Of a DNA stretch of 64,000 nucleotides, positions 12,741-25,674 are shown one piece after another. This stretch comes from Mizuhopecten yessoensis (lineage: Eukaryota): NCBI RefSeq assembly GCF_002113885.1, contig NW_018407656.1, forward strand, positions 659,864 through 723,863. The letters run 5' to 3'. The translations under genes and the position numbers were made by a program. The number at the start of each line of letters is the position of its first letter. Position 1 is the first letter of the stretch. Under the pieces are notes generated by a model. The model was not told the DNA's origin and did not search any database. It saw only the letters and a program-made list of their open reading frames with translations.

Positions 12741-14071
12741 GCTTATTTGTTTATTCAATGCTAGTCATTACAGTTAGAAAAAAAAATATTTGAGTACATT
12801 TGGTGTTGCTTTAAACTCTAAAACACGGAATAATGGACGGTGTACGGGCTGAACTGACAATCAACTTACAAAGTTCCGATCGTTTTTCATTTGTTTCTAT
12901 TGACCTTTTACATGTAGCACCTTAGCAATAATTTCCTAACGAAAGAACGGTCAATTGATATAAAGTCATTTTCATTGATAATACGATGTTTTTCTTTTTC
13001 TATAAAAATGTCTGCATCTTATCGTTTTGTGACCTCGAAGTGGTGTCACATTGGGAATGAAGCATTATTGAAGTAACTGAATGGTGTTGAATTCTTGGTT
13101 TTTGTAAATTATCAATGGCAATCAAAACTGTATCCAATATTTATTATGGAATGAAATTTGATCTCAGAAAAACGATGAATAAATAAAAAAAAAAATATCA
13201 AAATACAAAAATGTATTCATGAAAATAAGTACACGAGCACCAATGCATTTTTCGTTAATGTTTCGCATTAATTAAACAAGAAATTTAATTATGTAATAAC
13301 TCATTAAGAAACTTAATCTATTTAACCGTGCACTTCATAAGAGCAATTACTAACAAAATAATTCATTACATAACAAGTTGTTTGACTTAATGAGATAAAA
13401 ATCGATCTTATTTCTGTTTACAATACAATTTCCGCCGAAATATCGATTCATTAACTGTTTACACAGATAATTATTTTTTCATCAACCCCGCCACCGCGCG
13501 CGCTGGTTTTGTAAACAGTTACCCTGTTGTCGTCGTTACCACTTATATTTATTATTTATGTGAAACGATGTTAGGGAAATGGCCTTATACTTATATAACT
13601 TCAATCGCAAAACCACTTGCAGGTTTGACAGGAACAACCAAAAGGCTTTCTGATTGATATTCCTTTCTTCATCCAGGTCATCGTCTGCAAGTTTTAGATC
13701 AGCATCTGTGTTGTTTGATTTACTCCCCGTTTCAAAAACAATACGCAAAGTCCTTGTGCAAGGATCCGGAGCCCCCAGCATAGATGTACATCGTGATATA
13801 ATCATGAAATCTAACAGCACTTAAAAATCAGCTAAGAAGGCGTTTCAAGCCTACCTAGTATGAAAAGTTATTTACATGTTATTGGAAAAATCAAGCAAAC
13901 ATTGTTATTTTTAATGAAATGTTGTTTTGATGCTTTACCGCACAGCATTAGATTTTGCAGGATTCAAATTTTGTTTTGATTTTGTTCGGGGTTGCAATTG
14001 TCCTTACTTACTCTCTCAAATGGACGCGTTCACACATGGTTACAATGTAATACAGTGTACATGTACTTTGC

Positions 14072-14129
14072 GTTTGTTTGTTTGTTTGTTTGTTTGGGGT
14101 AAAAAAAAATGGTGGGGGGGGGGGGGGGG
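14072..14129 (+). repeat. (GTTT)6 followed by A9 and G16 runs
   Basis: Directly visible. Confidence 0.9.
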
Positions 14130-17100
14130 TTAAAATATAAAATACAAAATTCCGAACAGATGAATACATTTATAGAGCAGTAAGGAAAACTTGATTTATC
14201 TTCTACATGCTACGCAAAATATTTGATATGTTTGAATTTGCAACTGTTTTTTCATTGGCACATATCATCTATTTTACCTATTATGTGTATGTACGGCCGT
14301 CTATATCAACGTTCCTTCAGCGGTGAGAGATTTGAGGTTGTTATACTCTTTTACGTGCACCAAACAGCTAGGTAATCCAGTGTTACAACACAACGCCCGG
14401 AGTTCCCGTCTATATACGTCCATACGTCTTCATTACGTCGATCAAATCAATAACAATAAGACTAGGGGGCTATACAGCAACACCAGCCAAACGCTTGACG
14501 TGAAATAAAAGTGTAATTTAAACAAGCAGTGTTTGACAATGAATTGAACATATGTAACGGTAAATATATATGTTTATGCGCAGTAATCATAGACACAGTA
14601 TTATATTATTTTGTACAAACAATAATAAATAAACGTGTTTAGGTATGTTCCAAATAGTAAAAGCCATATGCCCCATGTGTGTGAGTTATTGCAGATATGC
14701 CGATAAAACGTTTTGAACTAACCGCACTTACGAAAAACGATTGCAAGAAAATAAAGTCAAAATTCGAAAATTCTTTTCACATGACAGTGTGTATATATAT
14801 GTGAATGTTGTCAGTAAAAATCGTCAATTTTCCTTTAACTGTTAAATAAAAGGTTTAGTGCAACGCCGAAAGAAAAGGGAAGACAACAATCAAAACGTGA
14901 TAAACATAGAAAAGAAAACGTGTTTTACGCCGTTAGCAGAACCACGCTTGTGATAAATTATCTTTGAAGTAAGACCTCAGTCTCTGATTGTAACAATATG
15001 AACCAGCCTTCGAGGCATCATCTCGGAAACAGAGAAAAGGTGTAATTAGATCTTCGAACACACTTGTCTGAATCAGAGGAAACAGCCCAACAACCTTTCA
15101 CCGTCTCTTGTAAGTCTTCAAGTCCTTACAGGAGGACCCGAATATTGCTACAACTGATGTCTCAGTCAGTGTAATTAAAATAGCTAGGTACATCGCTGAT
15201 CAAATCCACATCCCTTTCCGCTAATTGTATTGTGTGGGGACGATACAAACATCCGTTGTCAATTTCCACGGAAGATAATTACAGCGTTCGATGATGTATC
15301 CGTTACCGCGGGTAATGAAATCGATACCGGGCTGGGATTGCGGCAGAAAAAGGTTTTAAATCTTTTTAATATCTTCCACTGAAAGAAAAATTTTACACCG
15401 CTGATCTGTTATGTTGTTATTTACTAGGAATAACAATCGAGAAATCATGACACGTTTTAGATTGTTCGTATATAAATGGAATCAAAGTAAAGATATTGAT
15501 AATACCAAGAAACACATTGTCACTGAATTATAAGATATCATAAAACATGGGTGATAAAATTGTCTTATTATTTTCTCACATATGATATTTTAGATTTATT
15601 TTTAATTGCTTTCAAAATAACAAGAATTCCTTATTTACTTTTAAAATAAGAGCAATGGAAGTTAATCTGACTAACCATGCAATAAAATATCAAATATATA
15701 AATCAATGCTCGTGTTCAAATTAATTTAAAACTTCAGATTAACGAGAATGAAACTTCACATAATGGAGCATTTCCTTGAAAGGGAAATAATCTTCGACCT
15801 CAACCGCCAACGAATGACTTGAAAGAATGTCAAGAGAATGGAAAACCGTGTTATCAGATATAATACATGACAAAATCAATTTCTAAGATCTTTGCACTGT
15901 TTGTGATTCCTTTGAAGATGGTGAGATCGATAATAGGAGTATCGATACGTGATGTGTAGTGGTGGGGAGATGTGCACCTGGCCTTGACCTATTTCTGCCT
16001 TCAGTTGAACCACTATAGTGGAGAAAGTCACGTTCCGACTGCAGTGGCACGTTGTAATTAAACCCGTGTAAGATCAGAGTAAGAGAGATTTATAGTTACC
16101 ATCGGAGTAATTGATATGGTTAAGAAATAGAACATGTAAACAGTTGTAACACTTCTATTCCTATAAGTTAAAGTAATGTTTAGTTTAAATACCTCTGACG
16201 ATAGCGATATTCAGTTTGGAGAAATCTGCCGATATTAGAACCTGTTTTTGTTATGTATCATAAAAATATGATTGATTTTCGTTTTTGTTGCATCGGAATT
16301 GTGAAGATTGAGAAAGGCATATGCTATATGCATCTTAGAACTCAAGATCAGTCCAGCCATTGTTTGGTATAAATAAGAAAAGAAAAAGAGCAGTCTCTAT
16401 TGGGTGTCCAAAATGGTTATCTTAATGTTTAGTCTGGATTTTTGTAATTTCGAAATCATAAATATATCAAATAAAATATGATTTGCAGAAGGTACATTTA
16501 TTTAAGGAAAGTATTTCGTATTAATTTAGTTGCAATTAAAATAATAAGTTTTTAAATGAATGACATATAATGACAATTTAGGTTCTTTGGTAAGCATTCA
16601 ATTGATAAAATCATTTCAGTTTGAGCACAGCGTCTTCGATTTTCTTTTTTCAATCCTTGAAGCCCTGACCCAATCAAATCGCCGAGGCTAATTCGGTAAT
16701 AATCGTTTAGAAATCTCAGATCATTGTTAACCCTGATTGTGATGTATCGCTAACATTGTACAAATCACTTTCCTTATCTGTCTGTTGTCTAGCTATCCCC
16801 CTGACGAGAAACCAATGTCTAAGTTGTCAATATCGGCTACGCCATGACAAAAAGATTGACGGCGCGAGCTGCCGACTCGTGGACCGGAAGTGAAATTGAC
16901 AATGAGAGACGCGAATCTCCAATTTCTATATCCTCGATGGAGGAGAATTCTAACAGACAGCTTGATTTGATAGCAAATATTGTATTCACCTGCCAAATAT
17001 TCCAACAAGATTTCACACTTTTTAACTTTATTTTCCCTCTTAATATGTCGGAGTTTTAGATTAATCATAATCTAATGCATTTTGTATTTCCATTTCCTGG

Positions 17101-19823
17101 ATTTTCATGAAAGCTGCTCATTACAATAGGTTTGAAGTTAAATGGGATGATTTTAATGACATTGTTCAAGTGACATACTGAAAAATGGCAATCTGTTCCC
17201 TGCACAGTACAGCTCTCTGTCTTCTTGCAGATGAAATATTCGTCTGTCATCGGATGAGCTGCAGCTGATTTCGTCGCAAAATTGTAATTGCAATCAAATT
17301 AATATTTTATTTCTGCTTAAAAGGAGCCGACCGTTTAAGATTTTTTTTATAAACGTATTATATTTTTAAAACTTATTTTGGAGACATTTCTTAGGATTGT
17401 TTAAACTTTTATTATATACATGTATAACACATGCTTATTAATAATATTTCATTTTAACAGAATCACAATATACCAAATGAGACAGTCCAGTTAAGGGTAA
17501 TCTTAATTTTAATTTATAGAAGATGAAATCGTCCAAAGGAACGGTTATTTTATTTTCCATGGTGCATTTTATTTTCAGAAATCTAGGGCGCGCACTCTGG
17601 TATGCATTAGTGATTTCAATAACAATATAACAGAGGCGAATTAACATTGATTGGTCGGGGTCAAGCTATTGTTTATAACATTATGAACATCGACTATATT
17701 GGGGGTCAGTCGGAGTCATTGAAGTTATGAACGATCGCCATCCGTGCTTCATGTGCAGATGAAGTATAATGTAGACAATAATGTAGACAATATTGCGCTT
17801 ATAATGTATTATTGCAAATTGTTTAAATTCACCATTTAAATGCCGTGTGAATAAAGAATTATGATATTGTTCAATTTTGCGAAATCACAACCACTACATA
17901 AGGTATTTTAAAAGTCCTCTTGAGATTGAAATGCCGAAACTATGATATTGTATTTGGTTGTTATCTAAAGGAAGTTGGAGACAGAAGCGGACGTTATATA
18001 TCAGTATATCTAGCATGTTGTGTAGATCTCCTCGAAAAGAAAAGAAAATCACGTTAATCAATACAACCCACATTAAAGACACATACATGTACAAATTGCT
18101 AGCGTATAATGCGCACAACATATGACATTTAAAAGACGACAAAGGTTTGATGAAGTGTATTTCATTTAATGATGCCCTTTTCATTGATGCTTTCCTCTCG
18201 GCGACTATAACATTCACTTAATCTTGTAGCTTATGGTATCGCTTGTTGTCGACCGAGTCAGGACACGATCGTACGAACGCTTTATTGGTCGTGACATCAC
18301 TGTGACGCTTTGCAGAAATCAGCTTCGGATTTATACCCCACAGGAGTTGCGTTTGTGTCAGGCGTTCTCCCGAACGACGGGAAATCTTCGACATAATTAA
18401 ATCAGGTTCGGGGACTTGATACAGCTTTTTGAAAAGTAGCATAAAATATTGACGGAGAAGAGAGCTTTGTGGGTACCTTAACACCTTCGCGAAGACAAGC
18501 GCCTGTCCGACAGGGATTGCGTAACAAACAGGTGTCAAACGTCTTAACGACTTTGCATCACAGAGTCGACAAAAATGATGGCTGGGCGAATTAGCTGTTA
18601 CAATAAAATGGCTAAATATAGTATCTCTGACTAAAATATCATATTCTTTTGTTCTTTGTGTGACAGAAAGTATAAGGTTGGTTATTTGATTGATTTCAGG
18701 CTAATTTTAATTAATTTTCCAGTTGTCGTTTCTTTTCCTTTTATTGCCATAATAATCTTTTCTTTTGGTTCTTTTGAAATATTTTGCAGTGAGATTTAAA
18801 AACCGTCAACTCTTTTCTAAACGTACTTGTACATTTTACGTTACTTGTGACAATGAATAACTGTCGTCTACTTCAATCACTCGGAACTCAGATATGGTGC
18901 ATCTTGTATATTTTTCTAGAGAGGCTCCGAATAAGGGTAATATGACCGGGAAAACTCGAGCGTGTGAGGGGAACATGTACCCACTTGGCCACCGCGGCTT
19001 CCACTAACATTTAACCATGATAAACAATTGGTTAAATGCAAAGCTGTATTCTTTATAATTAATGCAAATACATTTTGTAGCTTCATCAGAGCGACAGAAG
19101 TTGCTAAAAAATGTTGTTGGTCACGACTGTTCACAATGTCCACAGCATATATCTTAAAGAATCGAAAAAAAAACCATGGGAACTGAATGCCAGTCTTAAG
19201 TATAAGATAAAGTTTTTGCAAATAACACCAAAAGATGAATTGAATAAAAATGAAAAAAAGAAATCTGGTCCACGAAGATGCGTCCTATATTTGTACATGT
19301 ACAACATAGATACAATCAACAGACATCGGTTCACCAATATATGTTCTGGGAGAATCGTTGCTGAAAAGGTCATCCGAAAATATAACAAACTGTGGGAATC
19401 CACAAGAGGAAATATCAGAACGGCCATCACCGTTAGAGATCTACAGAAAAAAGAGACGGGAGCGACTTCTACTTCTTTCGTTGTAATTATCTACCGACTT
19501 TTCCCGATAGTCAAATTTGTTTCATACCATAAAGGTGTTTTTTTTATTCACTGTTCCTAGATTTTTCCTACCTCATGTCACAGCAATAAAAGAGACTGGA
19601 GTCGTTCCGTCATTTGTGCAGTTATTTTATTCCCCCGAGAAGAAACGTACACGAGTATAAGTGTAAGAAAAAAAACTTAAATGTAAAAAAACAATACGCT
19701 ACAAGTACGAGTTACAATTTAATTAAAGTTATATTCCCGAGATATATTTCATATTAAAGTAACATTGATCTATGTTCAATTGTAAATAGATATTTACCTT
19801 TATCGACTATTAAGTTGTTTCAG

Positions 19824-20243
19824 TGTCTGAAGTAACATGTATACAGTATAGTCCACGTCTGGACTCCGGAGGGCGTCCAGTACGTATACGTTCTATACAT
19901 GTAGCTCCGGCTGTCTGCGCGATTTCGCGATTGTACAGTTGGTCTTATTCCAAACTCACTCTCTTTACGCACGACTTTCTCACCTGTCACACCTGGACAC
20001 TTACTAACGACATCACCAAATACAAACACCGACACTACCGGAAAGGTAACACACCAAATATGGACATACACGCCAATATGCAAATGTACGGAAAGTAACT
20101 AACACTCATAGGACAGAACACAGACAATAGACATATGGACTTTCCCTAACAGGACACGTGTACTAGACTCATATAAACTTATTATTACATAAACGTTCTC
20201 AGGTATAAAATACAGACTAAAACCTATATATATATATATGACA
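19824..20243. mobile_element. Possible solo LTR
   Basis: A 420-bp compositionally distinct, strand-skewed block bounded by TGTC...GACA, with an internal hairpin. No convincing TSD. Confidence 0.3.
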
Positions 20244-20539
20244 CTCATCTTTTTCATTCGATCTTAAAAAACCGCTTAAAAAATCATTGAAAAATAGCTT
20301 TTACGTATATACATGTCCATACTTGAATATTGCAGTCAGGCGGTAAACCTGTGTTCGTTTTAAAAATCAATCTCCACTTGTCTGAGTTTTAATATCACTT
20401 CCGAATCCATACCCGATTTCAAAGGATCTATGAACGGATCTTATATTCAACATTTTAATCTCCTTTTATTTGCTCTGCCGAAAAAATGTCCTTGTTTAGT
20501 TTTACATCTACAGAAAAATATACCCATTTTGAGTTTACT

Positions 20540-21075
20540 TTAAAAGTGGAAATATTTGCGTTATGACTGTAAAAATATCGCGTTGAGGACACTTTCGCAT
20601 GAAGACTCTTTTAACAGATCGCGGTGGGGATTTCTTTCGCGTTGGCAATGGTTCATAAATCTATATTTAATATATACATGGATCAATAATCTATAAATTT
20701 ATATATTTGATATATACATGGATCTATAATCTATACATTTATGTTTAATGTATACATGGATCTATAATCTATAAATTTATATTTAATGTATACATGGATC
20801 TATAATCTATACATTTATATTTAATGTATACATGGATCTATAATCTATAAATTTATATTTAATATATACATGGATCTATAATCTATAAATTTATATTTAA
20901 TGTATACTTGGATCTATACTCTATAAATTTATATTTAATATATACATGGATCTATAATCTATAAATTTATATTTAATATATACATGGATCTATAGCCTAT
21001 AAATCTACATTCGCTTGGACATTTTCGCGTTCATTTACTCATTTCCACACTACAAAAAAAACTACTTTTACTGTG
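20540..21075 (+). mobile_element. MITE family A, copy 2, with internal minisatellite expansion
   Basis: taaaagtggaaatatttgcg ... tttcgcgttggcaatggttc [array] tggacattttcgcg ... ttttactg is collinear with 2692-2898. Confidence 0.65.
20655..21005 (+). repeat. 38-bp AT-rich minisatellite, about 9 copies
   Basis: c(a/t)tggatc at 20677, 20717, 20755, 20793, 20831, 20869, 20907, 20945 and 20983. Confidence 0.97.
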
Positions 21076-21566
21076 TTAGAACATAATCGGTAGGTTTTGA
21101 CAACAATTTAAAAAGTTACATAGTGAAAGAAAATGTATCTAAACTAAACACCCTGTTAAATGGTTCATGTTGTCGTCCAGCGCTGCCTATAGAGACTATG
21201 AGCAGACGGGATCAGGACAAACAATTGATCTTATCTCCTACTGGTCTTCTATTATCATTTCCGGAATTCCAGGGTTGCTTCGGACTGGCCATTATTCCCT
21301 CGCCCTATTCAAGCGAACACAAACAAAATGGTTGTACTTTATGGTGTAAATTGAAGTTCTGGATGTTCTAGTCTCATCGTGTCAAATAAAAATGTGTCGT
21401 CCAAAGAGCTATTCTCTTACCTTTATTTACAAGGGTGCTTTTTGATGACAAACAAGTGATAACAAGAGCAAAGACATTATTGGAGATTATATTACACCTG
21501 CACAGAATGTTTCATTTCCGGTAAACAGTTCTGGTGATAACATTACTCTACAATTGCATCTTGGTT

Positions 21567-21850
21567 CTGACATAGTACGATGTTCTTGGTGTTATCTCAC
21601 TGCGTGCTATTTTTGTTTTGATGTTCCATGGTGTGTTATTTCCATCGCAACAACCCATGGTGTGTTATTTTCCTGGTGTTGTCTGATGGTGTTGTTTTCG
21701 TGGTATTTATCTGATGGTGTGCTGTTCTCATGGTGGTGTCTGATGGTGTGTAATTTTCATAGTGTTTCTGGTGTTGTATTATTTTCACACGTTATTGCCT
21801 GATTGTGTTCGATTCTTTGGTAATATCTGAAAGTTTGCTATTTTCGTGAA
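21567..21850 (+). repeat. Decayed ~28-bp GT-rich minisatellite, about 10 copies
   Basis: Recurrent units resembling tctgatggtgtgttattttc-tggtg. Confidence 0.75.
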
Positions 21851-22425
21851 ACATACAGGCAATATAGGACAAAATGGGGTCAGGGATGACATGATACATG
21901 TAACGATACGTCATCATAACTTAAAAAGTCATGTTCGGAACCTGTTCTTGTTTCAATCGTCGATTTAATCAGAGGGAAACGACCGATGAGTTCCATTCAA
22001 AACGGATTGTTCTGGCTACTAGGGTAAAACGTCATGTTCTATTATCACAGTGCAAAATACAGGACATTGCATTACATGGCCTTAAACCTTCTTACATAAC
22101 GAAAGTAATATTCGCAAGAAATGTACTAAACTTTTATGCAGTGAAATCAATTAAAAATGCCATATAAGGTCATCAGTCAACCATTGATCATGCTATCCTA
22201 TCATATCAAATAAAACGGAGTAATAAAACAACGTCACAACAAAGACGTTAATGATCTAATCAGAAAAGTAATCAATACCATCCATTAAAGTAAGATGATC
22301 AAACATAAAGCAAAGAGTCATTCGAGGATCGACATTTTTTTCTTTAATACAAAGCTAATCTTCGTTTTTGAGAGAGAAAAAATCCTCCGGATTCGATTTG
22401 ATTTTGGATATGATGTCACGTGATA

Positions 22426-22627
22426 AGGGGGCATGTGTACTTCCGGTAAACACACATGGCAGCAACATGTCAAAACAATAAGATCATGTCTGACAAGTGA
22501 GTTCATGTACTAGTCAATAAATATCCTTGTCATGACGGATGTAAAATGATGGTAATGTTTGTCTAAATTCATCGTCAAAGTGGCCTTGTTACAGATTCAC
22601 CGTCATACCGAAAGTATACATGCCCCT
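22426..22627. mobile_element. 202-bp MITE with ~23-bp TIRs and TA flanks
   Basis: TA|agggggcatgtgtacttccggta ... taccgaaagtatacatgcccct|TA. Confidence 0.75.
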
Positions 22628-24470
22628 TATGTAACTTTTGACCACCAAATCACGTGACTTTAGTTCAGGAACTTATACGAGGTTTCAATCATATCAGGTG
22701 TCATAAGAATTCGGTGACTGTATGTAGTTCAAAAAATGAAGTTCTAAGGCTAACTTAAGGTTGCGTGTTGTCTTCCTGTTGCGAGTATCTCCTTTCACAA
22801 GAGAGCTCCGAACAAACCAACAGGTAAAGTGTCTATAAAGAAAGATCATTCGGAATTAGTAATTCAGTTGTTAGTTGTAATACAACTGAAATGTAAGGAA
22901 ACGTACTAATGCTTGAAAAAGAATGGGGCATATGAAGTGACATCTAACATTGACAATAACATAGACAGTGACAATGAAATTAAGTTTTTAAAAGCTCCAC
23001 GTTTCACACGCCATGCATATTCAGTTGTTTCTTTCTCTTTTTTCTTCAATTTTCAGGTAGAAGTCGTTTAAAAGTGGTTTAGCACTGCTTAGAGGAATTT
23101 AAACTGCTCTGGTTTTTACAAGATTTTATTCCGTATAAAATCGATTTTTCCCCCAAAAGTCCAATAGCAACGATTAAATGGACACTTTGAGATTTTGAAT
23201 AATTTAGCAAGCGATGTTACTCCGTGTAATGTGGACGTTGGGTGGACGGCTATCGTAAACTGTACTTTTCTTTAAAATGATTATCAATGTGCTGTATAAA
23301 AACACCGGTGCACTTTCGCTATATTGACGATGGCGTGTTTTTCTTTCCGCGAGAACATTTGAGAGTCGTTCTGCATGTCATGATGCGTATCAACATGAAG
23401 TTTGGTGCATTGTGGGTCATTAGATGGATCAATGCGAACACGTCACAAATACGTTATATTTATAGCTTCAAACTGGATGACGTATTCTGTATTATGTGCA
23501 TTTATTTCTCCTCTGTGTTGATATTGAAAAAGAAAAAAAGAAAATAGATCGTTATTTTCGGTGATGTATATTTCAAGTGAAATTAAGAATGTTTTATTCC
23601 ATTCTTTTTTTTAATAGAAGCTCATTAATCGAGGATCCGTAATTACGTATTCCGCTTATCCGTAAAACTCGGACCGTAAATATTAATGCTTGAAGTGCAA
23701 CTCAGACTCTCGAAACAAAATACCTAACGCATTTCAGTTGTAGTAAATGAAATTATTATCACTCAACAAAGATTGTTTTGCGGTAATCAAACATGATACC
23801 ATGCAGTCCTCCCATGCCCATGTTAGGCAGGCTCCTTACCCTTTTCTTAATATATCTATATCCACTACTGCGTAATCAACGACAGTAGTTTGAATTTACT
23901 CCTTTATAATTAACAGTACCGATCAATTTTTTTTAGTACATAAACAAGACAAAAACAAAAATAGAAACACGTGCTATCGACGTAAATATTAACATTTATC
24001 GTTGTAAGGATATGTTATCGTTTTTTTAAAAACATTTATACGGAAATAATAATAAATAAGATTTAAGTGTAATGGGCGGTCAAAAAAGGTCCACAAAACT
24101 ATCCCCGCAGTCGTAAGAAATGCTATATGAAGTCACTGCACTGTTCGTAATGGCATTATACTGTACACATATAAACCAAATTTTTGCGAAATCGGTCAAT
24201 GTAAATTTCGACCAATCAAACGCCGCGGGGGCCATCTTGAAAGTGGACATGATAAAGGTATTTTTCACAGCTACGCATGCCAACCAATACTCATACCAAA
24301 TTTCCTTTTCATCTGCCATGTAGTGTTTGAGAAATCCCACGGACATGTTCACGCGCGGGCGGGTGGGGGTGGGTGATAATTCATGTCACGATCCAATTTA
24401 TTTGATAAGTGTAATACATTTTGATTTAGTATGGTAGATGTTTAAGATTGCGAGGTAATTTTTACAACAC

Positions 24471-24751
24471 TAGGTTTTTATATAAATTTTTTCATTAATA
24501 AACCAGGGAACTAACCAACGATTTGTTACTTAATTAATGAAGGCCAAGCAATTCTTAACATCATAAAGTAAAAGATCTATTTTAAGCCAATCAGAACGTA
24601 GCAGATTGTTTTCCCCATATGAGACAACCCCAAGAGCAGCTAAAACATTTAAACCCGTGTAAGATGCTCGAGCAGAGTATCCACATTGTATTTAACCGGT
24701 ATACAAAAAAAATGTATCGTATATCAACATTACACCCCCAACTCGCCGACT
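24471..24751 (+). repeat. Direct repeat copy 1 (281 bp), left flank of the LINE insertion
   Basis: Nearly identical to 25395-25674; I noticed 4 substitutions and 1 indel. Confidence 0.95.
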
Positions 24752-25394
24752 TTTTTTGTGGTATTTTACATAATGACTGTATAACACATACAGTAATCCA
24801 TTGTACAAAAACTGAAAGTCTTAGAGACGATCTATGGTGTCTTATAAGTACGGCTTTTGATATAGAACTTGGCGTGTTCTTATCCTCTTTGTCTGATTAT
24901 GATTTAATTCATGTATTACTAGGGGGTAGCCTTCCCCACATATTAAGCTCAACTGATTATGTAACCTTTGTACTGCATAATGCTATTTTTATTGACAAAA
25001 TGTTGCTGTTGTATCAGCGTTAATAATGATATAACACGTACAAACGTAAGTACAATAGCAATGTCTAGCTAATTATTATTTATTTTTGTTCTCTTATTTT
25101 GTGTGTGTTTATGTGTGGGTAAGCCTGAGAAGACCTTGTTGGTAGGGCTTTCCCCAACCCTTGGAAACCTCAGGATTTCCAGGCATTCTAATTATTTTGT
25201 ATGATTTGCTGTTCTTTCTGTATTTACTAAACTAATTCAAGTTTCATTAACTTCTCTCTTCATCTCTGTAGTTAACTGATGTATTTATGTGCATGTAAGT
25301 ATCAATTAATAATATTTGATTTGTATTTTGACTACACTGTATATTTTTGTAACTCTTCAATTTGGAGGAAATAAAGAAATAATAATAATAATAA
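24752..25394 (+). mobile_element. 5'-truncated non-LTR retrotransposon (RTE/RTEX-like): ORF2 C-terminus, 3' UTR and (TAA)n tail
   Basis: Open frame FCGILHNDCITHTVIHC...RDDLW...LLGG ending at 25023, resembling the end of a CCHC zinc-knuckle region. An AT-rich UTR follows, then ggaggaaataaagaa and (taa)n. The clade is inferred. Confidence 0.8.
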
Positions 25395-25674
25395 TAGATT
25401 TTTATATAAATTATTTCATCAATAAACCAGGGAACTAACCAACGATTTGTTACTTAATTAATGAAGGCCAAGCAATTCTTAACATCATAAAGTAAAAGAT
25501 CTATTTTAAGCCAATCAGAACGTAGCAGATTGTTTTCCCCATATGAGACAACCCCGAGAGCAGCTAAAACATTTAAACCCGTGTAAGATGCTCGAGCAGA
25601 GTATCCACATTGTATTTAACCGGTATACAAAAAAATGTATCGTATATCAACATTACACCCCCAACTCGCCGACT
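25395..25674 (+). repeat. Direct repeat copy 2 (280 bp), right flank of the LINE insertion
   Basis: Begins immediately after the (taa)n tail and matches 24471-24751. Confidence 0.95.

Noticed and set aside
13536-13820. Protein-like ORF (DADLKLADDDLDEERNINQKAFWLF)
   Set aside because: There is no recognisable domain, no convincing splice sites and no partner exons; it cannot be supported without a search.
16716-16738. bantam-like microRNA (tcagatcattgttaaccctgatt)
   Set aside because: The seed is mismatched relative to UGAGAUCA, and the hairpin is weak with too small a loop.
19111-19560. 149-aa ORF, the longest in the window
   Set aside because: It has low-complexity A-runs and no clear motif. 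At most it is a decayed LINE relic, which I could not substantiate.
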